Assembly (NCBI GenBank): GCA_017991835.1
Contig: JAGOPY010000005.1
Span: 12,148 to 76,147 of the forward strand
From: Bacteroidales bacterium
GTDB taxonomy: Bacteria > Bacteroidota > Bacteroidia > Bacteroidales > JAGOPY01
DNA length: 64,000 nt
Reading direction: 5' to 3'
The notes under the pieces were generated by a model, which did not search any database, had not been told where the DNA came from, and saw only the letters and a list, made by a program, of their open reading frames with translations. The translations under genes were made by a program, and so were the position numbers. Numbering within the stretch: the first letter of the stretch is position 1; every line of letters starts with the position of its first letter. Positions 11,701 through 19,922 of this stretch are shown here, piece by piece.

Positions 11701-14700
11701 GGTATTTCCATTCAGCCGGGATGTGAAGCCATTTACATCAGGAACAGCCGGTTCGACAACCTGAATCCGAAGGCGGGCGCAATAGCAGCAAAGGGCGACC
11801 AGACAAGAAATATAGAAATTGCCGGAAACACCATCAAAGGCACAACAGAATGGCAGTATTCGGCCATTTCGTTCAGCAACAATGTGGACAACATCCGGAT
11901 CAACGACAATCTCATTGAAAATTGCTTCCGCGGCATATACGTAGTCAGTTGCGACACCATCCAGGTAATGGGAAATATTATTAAAAACACGAACGAAGGG
12001 GTCAATATTTATAATTGTTTTGCTGTTTCGGAAGTATCCGGAAACCGCCTTATCGATATTATTAATCATCCCAATGCCTCCGACGGTACAAGCGCTATTA
12101 TGGTGAACACCGCATCAAAAGTAAAGGTTTACAATAATTATATAGTAACAACGGGGACCGGCCCGGTGATCGGAATCAACCTGCAAGCGGCATCTCAATG
12201 TTCTGTTGATTTCAATAGTTTGAATATCATTAATGCAGACGCGCAAGGTAAAGGAAAGGGCATCAATGTCAGGAACAGTAGCAATATCAGCGCCCGTAAT
12301 AACATTGTCAGCATATCCAATCCGGGATATCCGGTATATTTCCAGGAGAGCACCAACCAGATAGTTTTCGATTATAACGATTATTACAGCCTGGAAAAAC
12401 GGATCGGGTATTTCAACACCGCCGGTTATAACGATCTTCAGTCGTGGAGAGGGGCCACAGGATTTGACCAGCATTCGGTTGCAGCCAATCCGTTCTACAC
12501 ATCTGTAACGGATCTTGCGATCAACCAGGCTCTGTTAAATAACTCCGGTATTCCCGTGGCTGGAATCACGGCTGATATTGATGGCAACAGCAGGAATGTT
12601 ACAACTCCGGATATTGGCGCACACGAATACAGCCCATGTGTCGTTGATGCCGGGATCAATGCAATTACAAGCCCGGAATCCCCGCTGAGCGGAGGTAATG
12701 AGGAAATCCGGGTTATATTACAGAACCAGGGGACATCCATGCTTTCATCGGTTAAAATCTATTGGGCGGTAAACGAAATCCAGCAGGGATATTATACCTG
12801 GAACGGCAGCCTCGGGTTAAAAGCAAACACAGAAGTCATGCTGGGCAATTATAACTTTGTTGCCGGACAATCATATCTTGTTAAGGCATGGACATCGGAG
12901 CCCAACAACACTTCCGATTGTAATAATAAAAACGATACGATTTCGAGCGGAGAACTATCAGGTCCTTTATGCGGTACTTATACAATTGGTGGTTCCGACG
13001 GCGATTTTGCCACTTTCAGCCAGGTAGCCGAAATGCTCAATTCTGCGGGAATAACCTGCCCTGTGACTTTCCTGGTGCGGGACGGCATCTACAACGAAAA
13101 GTTCATTTTAAAGCAGGTCACGGGTTCATCTGAAACAAATACCATCACATTCGCATCTGAAAGCGGCGACAGCTCCATGGCCATCTTACGTCTTGAAACC
13201 GGCTCAACCAACTACGATCCTGTCATCAAACTGGAAGGATCTCAATATTTGCGGTTTACCGGCATCAAGATCGTCACTGAATCCACATCGGGCAATAACT
13301 ACGGAATTCTCTTTGAAGGCGCGGATAATATCACGATCGAAAATTGCTTCATCGAATCAAAACGCGACGCGGATGCTGGCCTGCTCATCAGGGGAGGCAG
13401 TCGTCAAGTCCAGGTGATCAGAACCCATTTCGAGTGCACTCATTCAAAGGCTGCTGCCATTGACATCTCAGGGCAGCAAACCCGGGATATCAGTATAAAT
13501 CAATGTACCATCAACGGGGCACCTGAGATTAACGAAGTATACGGGAATGTGCTGGTCAAATCAGGTACCTCGGTAAAAAATATCGAAATCGGGGAAAACC
13601 TCATCAGGAATAGCAATACGGCCATCACCTGTTCCGGGACTGATAGTATCCGTTTGACTAAAAACATTATTCAAAACTCACACTACGGAATTGTTGCCAA
13701 TAACGAATGTAAGCACATAAACATAAGCGGTAACAGGCTGCTCAGGGTGCAAAGCGTGCTGAGCGCACCGGACGGAGTCAGCGGGATTTTCGCAGAGAAT
13801 ATCGATTCGATAGACATCATTAACAACTATATCCAGTCGACTGGCCAGGGGCCGGTACTGGGTATCAATATCCAGAACAGCAATAACTGCCGTGTGTCTT
13901 ACAACAGCGTCAATATTACCAATACCGATGCGCAGGGTAAAAGTAAAGGGATAAACCTGAGAAACACCGACGGCGTGACGGGCAGGAATAATATCTTTTA
14001 CATAAAATCCTCCGGGATTCCGATTCATGTCGACCAGAATGTTACCAACCTGGCGCTCGACTATAATAACTATTACAATCCGGCCGGAATCATCGGAAAG
14101 CTGTTGAACCAGGTATTCAATAACCTTTCGCAATGGGGGCAAAGCATTTCAGGAGATGCCAATTCACTGGCGGTGCATCCCTATTTCAAATCCGATACCA
14201 TTCCTCTGCCCTATCAGCGGATTTTGAACGGTTCGGGCATTCCGGTAGCGGGGATCAGGTATGATATCGACGGCAAGCTGAGGCACATTCAGGCGCCTGA
14301 CATGGGTTGTATGGAGTTTTTCATAGATTTCGGTGTGCTGGAGATGATCAGCCCCAACCTGGAGTGCTTCCATGAGGACCTGGAACCGGTCATTGTATAT
14401 ATCCGCCAGTTCGGCGACGTACCGTTCGATAACCTCATCATCAGGTACCAGTTGAATGATGGCGACATCCACACCGATACGATCCAGGGGCCACTGGAAT
14501 TCGATTTTATCCATGAATTTGAGGAAACCGAGACACTGGAAACCTATGGGGATTATCTCTTTAAAATCTGGCTGGTCAATAACGCCGACGACAATATCAA
14601 CAACGACCTGTTACAAGTCTGGCGCTATTCCAAACCTTCCCCCCGGTTAAACGTGACCTATGATAATGCCTGCACCGGAAATGAAGTATTCTTTTCCGGA

Positions 14701-15885
14701 AATGCAACCGTTGAACCACCTTATTATATAGATATGTATGAATGGATTTTCGGGGATGGTGATACTGCATACACCCAGAACCCGGTCCACCTGTTTGATG
14801 AACCCGGATCATACCAGGTCATCAGCCGTGCATACAGCAATGCAGGGTGTTATGGCGACACAAGCTTTATCATTACACTCGACCCGTCGTATGAGCTTCT
14901 TTCACTGGCATATGACCTGCATGACGAGACCTGTCATAACAGCGGCACCGGCACGCTGCAGATGTCGGCGGCGGGAGGCACGCCGCCTTACACCTTCTAC
15001 CTGAATGGCAACGCGGTTCCGGATGGTTTTGTACCCAGCCTGGCTACTGGAAAGTACGAGCTGAAAGTGAACGATGCCGCCGGTTGTGAGGCCGTGGATT
15101 CAGCGGAAGCCCATACTCTGATCTTCATGGATCCTGAAATCATTGCCAGTCCGCTGACAGGTAATGCCCCTTTCAACGTCGACTTTGATTATATAGCTGA
15201 CGGGGCCACAGGCTGCACCTGGCATTTTCCCGGAAATATCACGGATACCCTCAAAAACACAACTTTCACTTTTACTGAATTCGGCGATTACACAATTGTG
15301 CTGGAGGTTAATTCGGGAGAACCTTTCTATTGCATTGAAACCGACACGATAAATATTCATGTCGATATTATTGTCGTCATCGAGCCCAATTCGGTATTTA
15401 CACCTAACGGGGATGGGCATAATGACTATTTTGAAGTGAAGACGTATGGTTTGGAGACGATGAATGTAAAAATCTTCAACCAATGGGGAAACAGGATTTA
15501 TGAGATCACGGATGTGGAAGGCAAATGGGACGGTAATACCGATGACGGGGTTGAAGCGGCCGATGGCACTTATTTCTATAACCTGACTGCCCGTGGAGTG
15601 GACGGCCTGGAATATTCGCGCCAGGGAACCGTAATGCTGCTTCGCCATGGTGCTGTGGCTTTTCCGAATCCCGTGCTGAATTCGGTCAGCATTAAGACAT
15701 TCGGCCCCCTGGATCCCCCGGTTTATATCGAAATTTTCTCCGTTTTCGGAGAAAAAGTGTATTCAGGGTTGGAAACCCAACCCGGGAATATCCATCTTGA
15801 CCTGGCCGGGCTAAGTAAAGGCATTTATTTCATCCGGGTGCATGACAACCGGAAAGAGTATTATGTCAGGATCATTAAGAACTAA
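8728..15885 (+). CDS. Giant (2385 aa) secreted parallel-beta-helix adhesin-like protein with T9SS type B CTD followed by a type A CTD
   Basis: Signal peptide. The N-terminal choice-of-anchor-J/MAM-like segment runs NEDFNG...GWSN...WAIDNIRIY. Three modules of about 560 aa follow, each a CARDB-like Ig domain plus right-handed beta-helix repeats. Next come PKD-like segments (WIFGDGD..., NVDFDY...) and a SprB-like repeat. Then comes VFTPNGDGHNDYFEV...GTYFYNL (gliding-motility/type B CTD), followed by FPNPVLNSVSIK...GIYFIRV...RIIKN (Por_Secre_tail/type A CTD). Confidence 0.9.
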   Translation: MNKRYVFLIVTLLLSFRALAQMFILNEDFNGASGTVPPQGWSNLVIAGSADDKWHFDNPGDRLLNYPVTEPFAVFDGEFVSNDGSPEEIALESPLFDASTSNYILLNFVHVFEPGSGATIRIDAYNGSSWVGVTELQPTESNPASAIVDLSEATGGITNARIRFIWSGNGSGFWAIDNIRIYASLPLDGGVVTVDSPESPVTPGIQDVRISLGNFGYNTLTSTTINWTADDVAQPAHTWNGSIGFGQTENNITIGSYNFTKPVMIKVWHTQPNGQNDLNPYNDTVSEYLVPPLCGTYTIGGNEADFESFSQIAEVLNIAGITCPVTIIVRNGTYFDQFEIRQIQGSSAVNTVTFESESGDSTQAVIRIIPNALKYEPMILLNGAENISFRHLGLSTGSNSSQNDALVIRNCSEIEVANCALTSRNEADYGIVIDGGSRNIGVRNNYFECIFGRSGAVNISGSGTRYATITGNYIKGATEKGYSTIRIEEAASRITVSDNRIERCFRAVHIIQSDSILISGNHINNTNDGIYTEQSSSRIFITSNRLTHIKSNQNVPEGNSGIFMKNSSYAEISNNYIHTTGGGTVMGVWLQSVNSSRVCFNSVNITNSETQGKSNGILIEGNNSLMARNNIFRVKNSGTPVKVAGSVSQLDFDYNDYYSSGPVIGKLGENEYESITSWNLATGLDAHSLSVIPFYESDTVLAINQASLNNTAVPVGGIEYDIDSTLRNPVSPDFGAKEYTPCLTDAGINSIINPENPLNNGTEQVTVLLQNQGTGTLTDVVIHWSVNDVEQPPFNWNGSLVEKQSIAVDVGDYDFEAVTLYRVRAWTSQPNGQDDCNPLNDTITSGQLAVPLCGNYTAGASGADFTTVGQAVTLLNLSGITCPVTIFLKDGIYYEKLLIKDIPGASETNTVTFTSQNGDSSKATIKIPGNALKDEDMIYMEETRHVTFRDLGLFTGTTPSTSFSNNAVNLNNTRYITFENCYFEVKKESDIGISIQPGCEAIYIRNSRFDNLNPKAGAIAAKGDQTRNIEIAGNTIKGTTEWQYSAISFSNNVDNIRINDNLIENCFRGIYVVSCDTIQVMGNIIKNTNEGVNIYNCFAVSEVSGNRLIDIINHPNASDGTSAIMVNTASKVKVYNNYIVTTGTGPVIGINLQAASQCSVDFNSLNIINADAQGKGKGINVRNSSNISARNNIVSISNPGYPVYFQESTNQIVFDYNDYYSLEKRIGYFNTAGYNDLQSWRGATGFDQHSVAANPFYTSVTDLAINQALLNNSGIPVAGITADIDGNSRNVTTPDIGAHEYSPCVVDAGINAITSPESPLSGGNEEIRVILQNQGTSMLSSVKIYWAVNEIQQGYYTWNGSLGLKANTEVMLGNYNFVAGQSYLVKAWTSEPNNTSDCNNKNDTISSGELSGPLCGTYTIGGSDGDFATFSQVAEMLNSAGITCPVTFLVRDGIYNEKFILKQVTGSSETNTITFASESGDSSMAILRLETGSTNYDPVIKLEGSQYLRFTGIKIVTESTSGNNYGILFEGADNITIENCFIESKRDADAGLLIRGGSRQVQVIRTHFECTHSKAAAIDISGQQTRDISINQCTINGAPEINEVYGNVLVKSGTSVKNIEIGENLIRNSNTAITCSGTDSIRLTKNIIQNSHYGIVANNECKHINISGNRLLRVQSVLSAPDGVSGIFAENIDSIDIINNYIQSTGQGPVLGINIQNSNNCRVSYNSVNITNTDAQGKSKGINLRNTDGVTGRNNIFYIKSSGIPIHVDQNVTNLALDYNNYYNPAGIIGKLLNQVFNNLSQWGQSISGDANSLAVHPYFKSDTIPLPYQRILNGSGIPVAGIRYDIDGKLRHIQAPDMGCMEFFIDFGVLEMISPNLECFHEDLEPVIVYIRQFGDVPFDNLIIRYQLNDGDIHTDTIQGPLEFDFIHEFEETETLETYGDYLFKIWLVNNADDNINNDLLQVWRYSKPSPRLNVTYDNACTGNEVFFSGNATVEPPYYIDMYEWIFGDGDTAYTQNPVHLFDEPGSYQVISRAYSNAGCYGDTSFIITLDPSYELLSLAYDLHDETCHNSGTGTLQMSAAGGTPPYTFYLNGNAVPDGFVPSLATGKYELKVNDAAGCEAVDSAEAHTLIFMDPEIIASPLTGNAPFNVDFDYIADGATGCTWHFPGNITDTLKNTTFTFTEFGDYTIVLEVNSGEPFYCIETDTINIHVDIIVVIEPNSVFTPNGDGHNDYFEVKTYGLETMNVKIFNQWGNRIYEITDVEGKWDGNTDDGVEAADGTYFYNLTARGVDGLEYSRQGTVMLLRHGAVAFPNPVLNSVSIKTFGPLDPPVYIEIFSVFGEKVYSGLETQPGNIHLDLAGLSKGIYFIRVHDNRKEYYVRIIKN
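9289..14325 (+). repeat. Three tandem intragenic modules of about 1.67-1.69 kb (9289-10959, 10960-12645, 12646-14325) inside the giant adhesin gene
   Basis: Aligned landmarks recur once per module: D(A/G)G(I/V)N...NWNGS...PLCG(T/N)YT(I/A)GG...GITCPVT...NTVTF(E/T)S(E/Q)(S/N)GDS...(F/I)DYNDYY...P(D)(F/I)GA(K/H)EY(T/S)PC. The copies are diverged (roughly half identical at protein level by eye), so this is not an assembly duplication. Confidence 0.85.
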
Positions 15886-15891
15886 TTGTAA

Positions 15892-18330
15892 ATGATTAAT
15901 ATACGATATATTTTCTTTATGATGATGGCTGTTCTGGTAACAGCTAGCACAGGATATGCACAGAAAAAGGAGCAGTATATTGCCGATTCCCTTTTCCGTG
16001 ACCTTCAGTTCAATATCGCTGCGGAAAACTACGACAAAGCCCTCCGCAAGATGAAGGGGATCACTCCCGAAAAACTGCACTGCACTTTTAACCTGGCCGA
16101 ATGTTACCGCCTGATGAACGATCCGGACCTGGCCGAACCTTATTACAGGCAGCTGGCAGAAACCTCATACGGCGATACCGTCCCTGTTTATTATCTTCGG
16201 TATGCAACGATCCTGAAAACTCGTGGGGATGCTGAATCCGCCAGAAAATATTTTGAGAAATATCTGCAAACCGATCCCGGGAACATGGAAGCGGAAACGG
16301 GGCTCAAATCATGCGACTGGCTATTGGAGAACCGTCATAAGAAGGCCCAGGTTATCGTGGAAGAGATCACCCGGATCAATACCCCCGACGATGAATTCGG
16401 GCCGGCATATCTAAATCCGCAAAAGAATTCCATCATCTTTACTTCCAACCGGGTAACGGAAGACTCAAAAAACATTGACCAGTGGACCGGGTCGCGATTC
16501 TCGGACCTGTATATCAGCGCTTTTGACGGAAAAAACTGGAGTGATCCGGAATTGGCCGAATATGGCGGACTGTTGAATTCGGATGTCCATGAAGGGACGC
16601 CATCCCTAAACGGGGATTATTCTGTGATGTATTACACCCGGTGTGGTAAAACGGCGAACGAGAAGTCGTTCTGTGAAATATGGAAAACCGTCAAAACCGG
16701 TGACCAGTGGAGCAAGCCTGCACCGGTGCTCACGGATTCGGTTGCAAACATCGGGCATCCGGCCATAAGTAAGGATGAAAGGATACTTATCTTCTCGTCG
16801 AACAGACCGGGCGGTACTGGCGGCAAAGATTTATGGGCAGCCAAACGGAACAGCGCTGATGAACCTTTCGGCCGGCCGGAATTGCTGGGCCCCGGGATCA
16901 ATACCGCCGGCGATGAGTTGTTCCCTTACCTTTATAACGACACGACCCTGCTGTTTGCTTCCAATGGTTATGAAGGCTACGGAGGGCTGGATATATTTAT
17001 CTCTAATCTCAGAAAAAACAAATGGACCAAGCCGGAAAACCTTCTGGCACCAATTAATTCTTCTTACGATGATTTCGGAATCATCCTGAAAAAGCCTTTT
17101 GAAGAAGGCTGTTTCTGCTCCAATCGCAATGGCGGCACCGGCGGCGACGATATTTATTATTTCTACAGGAGGATATTGCTTTTCACGGCATCAGGCCAGG
17201 TGAAAGACAACAGCACCCTGCTATCCGTCAAAGGTGCAGAGGTGATCCTCGCTGGTAAGGCCGGTGATACAGTCAAAGTGATGACCGATAAGCAGGGCCT
17301 ATTCCGTTTCGACAATTCCCAGGTAAAAGAAGATGTGGACTATGAACTGGTTTTTCGTAAACAAGGATATTTTTCAAAGAAGGAAACATTCTCCACCCGG
17401 CCGTATGAAGAGGATCACGATTTTTCGATTGATATAAAGATCGATCCGATTCCTGAGAAACCCATCGTTCTGCCCGACATTCTTTACGAACTCGACAAAT
17501 GGGATCTTGCCCCGCAATACCAGGATTCACTTCTGCAACTCGTGCGCTTGCTGAAAGACAATGAAACGCTGGTGATTGAGCTGCGTTCTCATACCGATTC
17601 TCGCGGGTCGGCCGAGTACAACAATGTGCTGTCGCAGAAAAGGGCGCAGTCGGTCGTCGATTTCATTGTCAGCCAGGGTATTGATCCGGGACGGCTGGTA
17701 GCGAAAGGATACGGTAAGCGGATATTCAGGATGCTGGATAAAGATATCGTTAAGGATGGTTATACTTTCAAAGCAGGCACGGAGCTGAATGATGATTTCG
17801 TCAACCGTCTCCCTTCGAAAGAGGCCCGTGAAGCGGCGTATCAGCTTAATCGGCGGACCGAATTTGCCGTAATTGCAAAGGATTACAAGCCCGGTTCTTC
17901 AGCAGGAAGTACAGCGGTTATCGAAGTGATATCCGACACATCGCTGGCGGCGCTGGATTACAATCTAACGCCGGAAGGCAAGATGGCCGTTGAGGTATAC
18001 ATCAACGATTACAGCGCCGGCGCACTGATCGACAGGACTATCAACTCATCACTGATCGATGAAAAGATCGTGCTGGACCTCTTGCAGAAAGGAGCGATCG
18101 ACCGGAATGATTTCCAGGGGGTATTCGAACAGATCCTTATTGATGACCGGATTACGGAAAACACGGTCATTTTGCTCAGAAAGATAAGGCTGGGCGGGAT
18201 CATGGTCGGAGACCATCCTGTAAAAGTCATAAGCGATGCGGGAAACAAGCTCATCATTGGCAACGACCTGCTGGAAAAGGCCGGTTCGTATATCATTGAC
18301 GAATCGAATAAAAAACTGATATTCAAATAG
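15892..18330 (+). CDS. OmpA-family protein with TPR, PD40/TolB-like beta-propeller repeats, CarboxypepD_reg-like domain, OmpA_C domain and a C-terminal retropepsin-like extension
   Basis: 812 aa, starting 7 nt after the adhesin stop. The OmpA_C core reads LYELDKWDLAPQYQDSLLQLVRLLKDN..LVIELRSHTDSRGSAEYNNVLSQKRAQSVVDFIVSQGIDPGRLVAKGYGK. PD40-like segments are FTSNR and FSSNRPGGTGGKDLW. Confidence 0.85.
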   Translation: MINIRYIFFMMMAVLVTASTGYAQKKEQYIADSLFRDLQFNIAAENYDKALRKMKGITPEKLHCTFNLAECYRLMNDPDLAEPYYRQLAETSYGDTVPVYYLRYATILKTRGDAESARKYFEKYLQTDPGNMEAETGLKSCDWLLENRHKKAQVIVEEITRINTPDDEFGPAYLNPQKNSIIFTSNRVTEDSKNIDQWTGSRFSDLYISAFDGKNWSDPELAEYGGLLNSDVHEGTPSLNGDYSVMYYTRCGKTANEKSFCEIWKTVKTGDQWSKPAPVLTDSVANIGHPAISKDERILIFSSNRPGGTGGKDLWAAKRNSADEPFGRPELLGPGINTAGDELFPYLYNDTTLLFASNGYEGYGGLDIFISNLRKNKWTKPENLLAPINSSYDDFGIILKKPFEEGCFCSNRNGGTGGDDIYYFYRRILLFTASGQVKDNSTLLSVKGAEVILAGKAGDTVKVMTDKQGLFRFDNSQVKEDVDYELVFRKQGYFSKKETFSTRPYEEDHDFSIDIKIDPIPEKPIVLPDILYELDKWDLAPQYQDSLLQLVRLLKDNETLVIELRSHTDSRGSAEYNNVLSQKRAQSVVDFIVSQGIDPGRLVAKGYGKRIFRMLDKDIVKDGYTFKAGTELNDDFVNRLPSKEAREAAYQLNRRTEFAVIAKDYKPGSSAGSTAVIEVISDTSLAALDYNLTPEGKMAVEVYINDYSAGALIDRTINSSLIDEKIVLDLLQKGAIDRNDFQGVFEQILIDDRITENTVILLRKIRLGGIMVGDHPVKVISDAGNKLIIGNDLLEKAGSYIIDESNKKLIFK

Positions 18331-18334
18331 GAAT

Positions 18335-19282
18335 ATGAAGAAACCATCCGTCATATTTCTTTTCATTTTGCTGGCCGGAAGCCTGTTCTCGCAGCAGGAG
18401 CCGCAGTACAACCAGCACATGTTCACCCGGGCAATCGTTAACCCGGCAGCCGCCGGTATTTCGCAGGCGGTCGATGCGACCCTTATCGGCAGGCATCAAT
18501 GGATCGGGTACAAGGATAATGACAGTTCCCCGGTCTACCCGAAGTTGTACGGTATTTCTCTCGACATGCCCATTTACGCCATCCACAGCGGCGTTGGGTT
18601 GAATCTTCGCCATTATACAGCCGGGGCGGAGAAGAGCCTCGACATCCGGCTGCAATATGCCTATCATTTCACTCTCAATAAAAGGAACACCCTCAGCTTT
18701 GGGATGTCGTTCAACCTGTTAAACAAGACGATCGACTATTCGCAGCTCCTCCCCGCGGAGTTTGATCCTCTTCTGGAGAGCAGCAAAGCGGAGAGCGGTC
18801 TGGTCACCGACATTGGGCTCGGTATCCATTACCGTTACGGCGATAAATTCAATGCCGGCATTTCATCGGCCAGCCTGCTGGGCAATTCGGCCGGTATCGG
18901 CGGTCCCGATTTCAAACTTGAGCGACACTACTATGGGTACGGCAGTTACGACATCGAAATCCAGTGGAGCGGAGAGGCTTTAGTACTCACGCCGGGTTTC
19001 CTGGTCAAAACGGCCAGAGGGGCATTCAATGCCGACATTTATGCCCTGGTGACTTATAACGACTTCATCTGGGGCGGGATGATGTACCGGGTCGAGAGCG
19101 CTGCCGCCATCCTGGCAGGCATTAGTTATAACGGGATAAAGGCGGGTGTGTCGTACGATTACACGATGAGCAAGGGTTTTGCTGCCGGCAGCCGTCACAG
19201 TGTGGAATTATTTGTAAAATATTCCTATCCTATTTCACCGAAGGTGGTCAAGCGCAGCGGGTACAATACGAGGAACCTTTAG
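18335..19282 (+). CDS. T9SS membrane protein, PorP/SprF family
   Basis: 315 aa. Signal peptide then QQEPQYNQHMFTRAIVNPAAAG, the characteristic PorP/SprF N-terminus. It starts 5 nt after the OmpA-family gene and lies downstream of a type B CTD cargo, which is the expected pairing. Confidence 0.85.
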   Translation: MKKPSVIFLFILLAGSLFSQQEPQYNQHMFTRAIVNPAAAGISQAVDATLIGRHQWIGYKDNDSSPVYPKLYGISLDMPIYAIHSGVGLNLRHYTAGAEKSLDIRLQYAYHFTLNKRNTLSFGMSFNLLNKTIDYSQLLPAEFDPLLESSKAESGLVTDIGLGIHYRYGDKFNAGISSASLLGNSAGIGGPDFKLERHYYGYGSYDIEIQWSGEALVLTPGFLVKTARGAFNADIYALVTYNDFIWGGMMYRVESAAAILAGISYNGIKAGVSYDYTMSKGFAAGSRHSVELFVKYSYPISPKVVKRSGYNTRNL

Positions 19283-19284
19283 CA

Positions 19285-19427
19285 AAATTCCAAGCACCAA
19301 ATTCCAAGCACCAAATTCCAAGCACCAAATTCCAAGCAAATTCAAAATATCAAATTTAAAATCTAAAATGTTTTGAAATTATATTTTTTGGATTTGATTT
19401 TTGTTTGGAATTTGGAGTTTGGAATTT
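19285..19427. repeat. 14-nt tandem repeat (AAATTCCAAGCACC x about 3.9, 19285-19338) plus an inverted degenerate copy (TTGGAATTTGGAGTTTGGAATTT, 19405-19427): a long AT-rich imperfect palindrome
   Basis: Read directly from the sequence. It lies immediately after the porP/sprF stop and upstream of the tRNA locus. Confidence 0.85.
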
Positions 19428-19482
19428 ATTAAATATTTATTGTATCTTTGCACCCCGTTTGGATAAAATTGAACGGTCATAT

Positions 19483-19537
19483 TGCGGGGTGGATCCGCCG
19501 GCTGGCGGATCGTCGGACTCAAATTCCGAAGATCCCT
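19483..19537 (+). pseudogene. Degenerate 5' two-thirds copy of the adjacent initiator tRNA-Met (no T arm, no 3' acceptor strand)
   Basis: It shares CATATTGCGGGGTGGA with the start of the real tRNA 65 nt downstream. The D arm is replaced by a perfect 8-bp hairpin GATCCGCC-GGCT-GGCGGATC. The anticodon arm TCGGA-CTCAAAT-TCCGA is a mutated version of TCGGG-CTCATAA-CCCGA. Confidence 0.6.
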
Positions 19538-19547
19538 GAAGACATAT

Positions 19548-19619
<72 letters not shown>

Positions 19620-19630
19620 CAAAACAAAGG

Positions 19631-19660
19631 CCCGGCCTATAGCAACAGGTCGGGTTTTTT
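19631..19660 (+). terminator. Rho-independent terminator after the tRNA
   Basis: CCCGGCCT-ATAGCAAC-AGGTCGGG followed by TTTTTT. Confidence 0.75.
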
Positions 19661-19672
19661 ATTTTCACCAAT

Positions 19673-19888
19673 CGGGGCTGTCTCAAAAGTCTGATATTTC
19701 GATTTGATTGCCTGAAAACAGTTCGTGCTCCAACGACTAAAGCCGTTGGTTCCGAATGTTTTATGAGGGTTGGAACCGACGGCTTCAGTCGTCGGACAAC
19801 CTAAAAAAAGTGAATATATAGCCTTTTGAGACACCCTCTTCAGGTTCAACAGGTGTTCCTCTTCCGACGACTAAAGCCGTCGGTTCCA
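19673..19888. repeat. Composite hairpin-repeat element (family 'CCGACGACTAAAGCCGTCGG')
   Basis: Outer arms are GGCTGTCTCAAAAG (about 19675) and CTTTTGAGACACCC (about 19823). Inner arms are TCCAACGACTAAAGCCGTTGGTTCC (19729-19753) and GGAACCGACGGCTTCAGTCGTCGGA (19772-19796). A 46-nt unit GGTTCAACAGGTGTTCCTCTTCCGACGACTAAAGCCGTCGGTTCCA follows (19843-19888). Confidence 0.85.
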
Positions 19889-19922
19889 GATGGGTTATTG
19901 TTCTGGCGAAGAATGATTGTCC

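Noticed and set aside
19285-19338. CRISPR array, considered for this and the other tandem repeats (40605-40653, 50196-50235, 52041-52145)
   Set aside because: The units are only 7-14 nt and directly abut each other with no spacers. No cas genes are in the window.
19483-19537. Possible tRNA-Leu(CAA), suggested by the anticodon-arm-like TCGGA-CTCAAAT-TCCGA
   Set aside because: There is no T arm and no 3' acceptor strand, and the D arm is an abnormal 8-bp hairpin. The sequence is clearly a mutated partial copy of the neighbouring tRNA-fMet, so I reported it as a pseudo-fragment instead.
19729-19796. Integron attC site or gene-cassette interpretation of the hairpin repeats flanking the T9SS cargo gene
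   Set aside because: The ends do not match the RYYYAAC / GTTRRRY core sites on either strand, and no IntI-type integrase is nearby.
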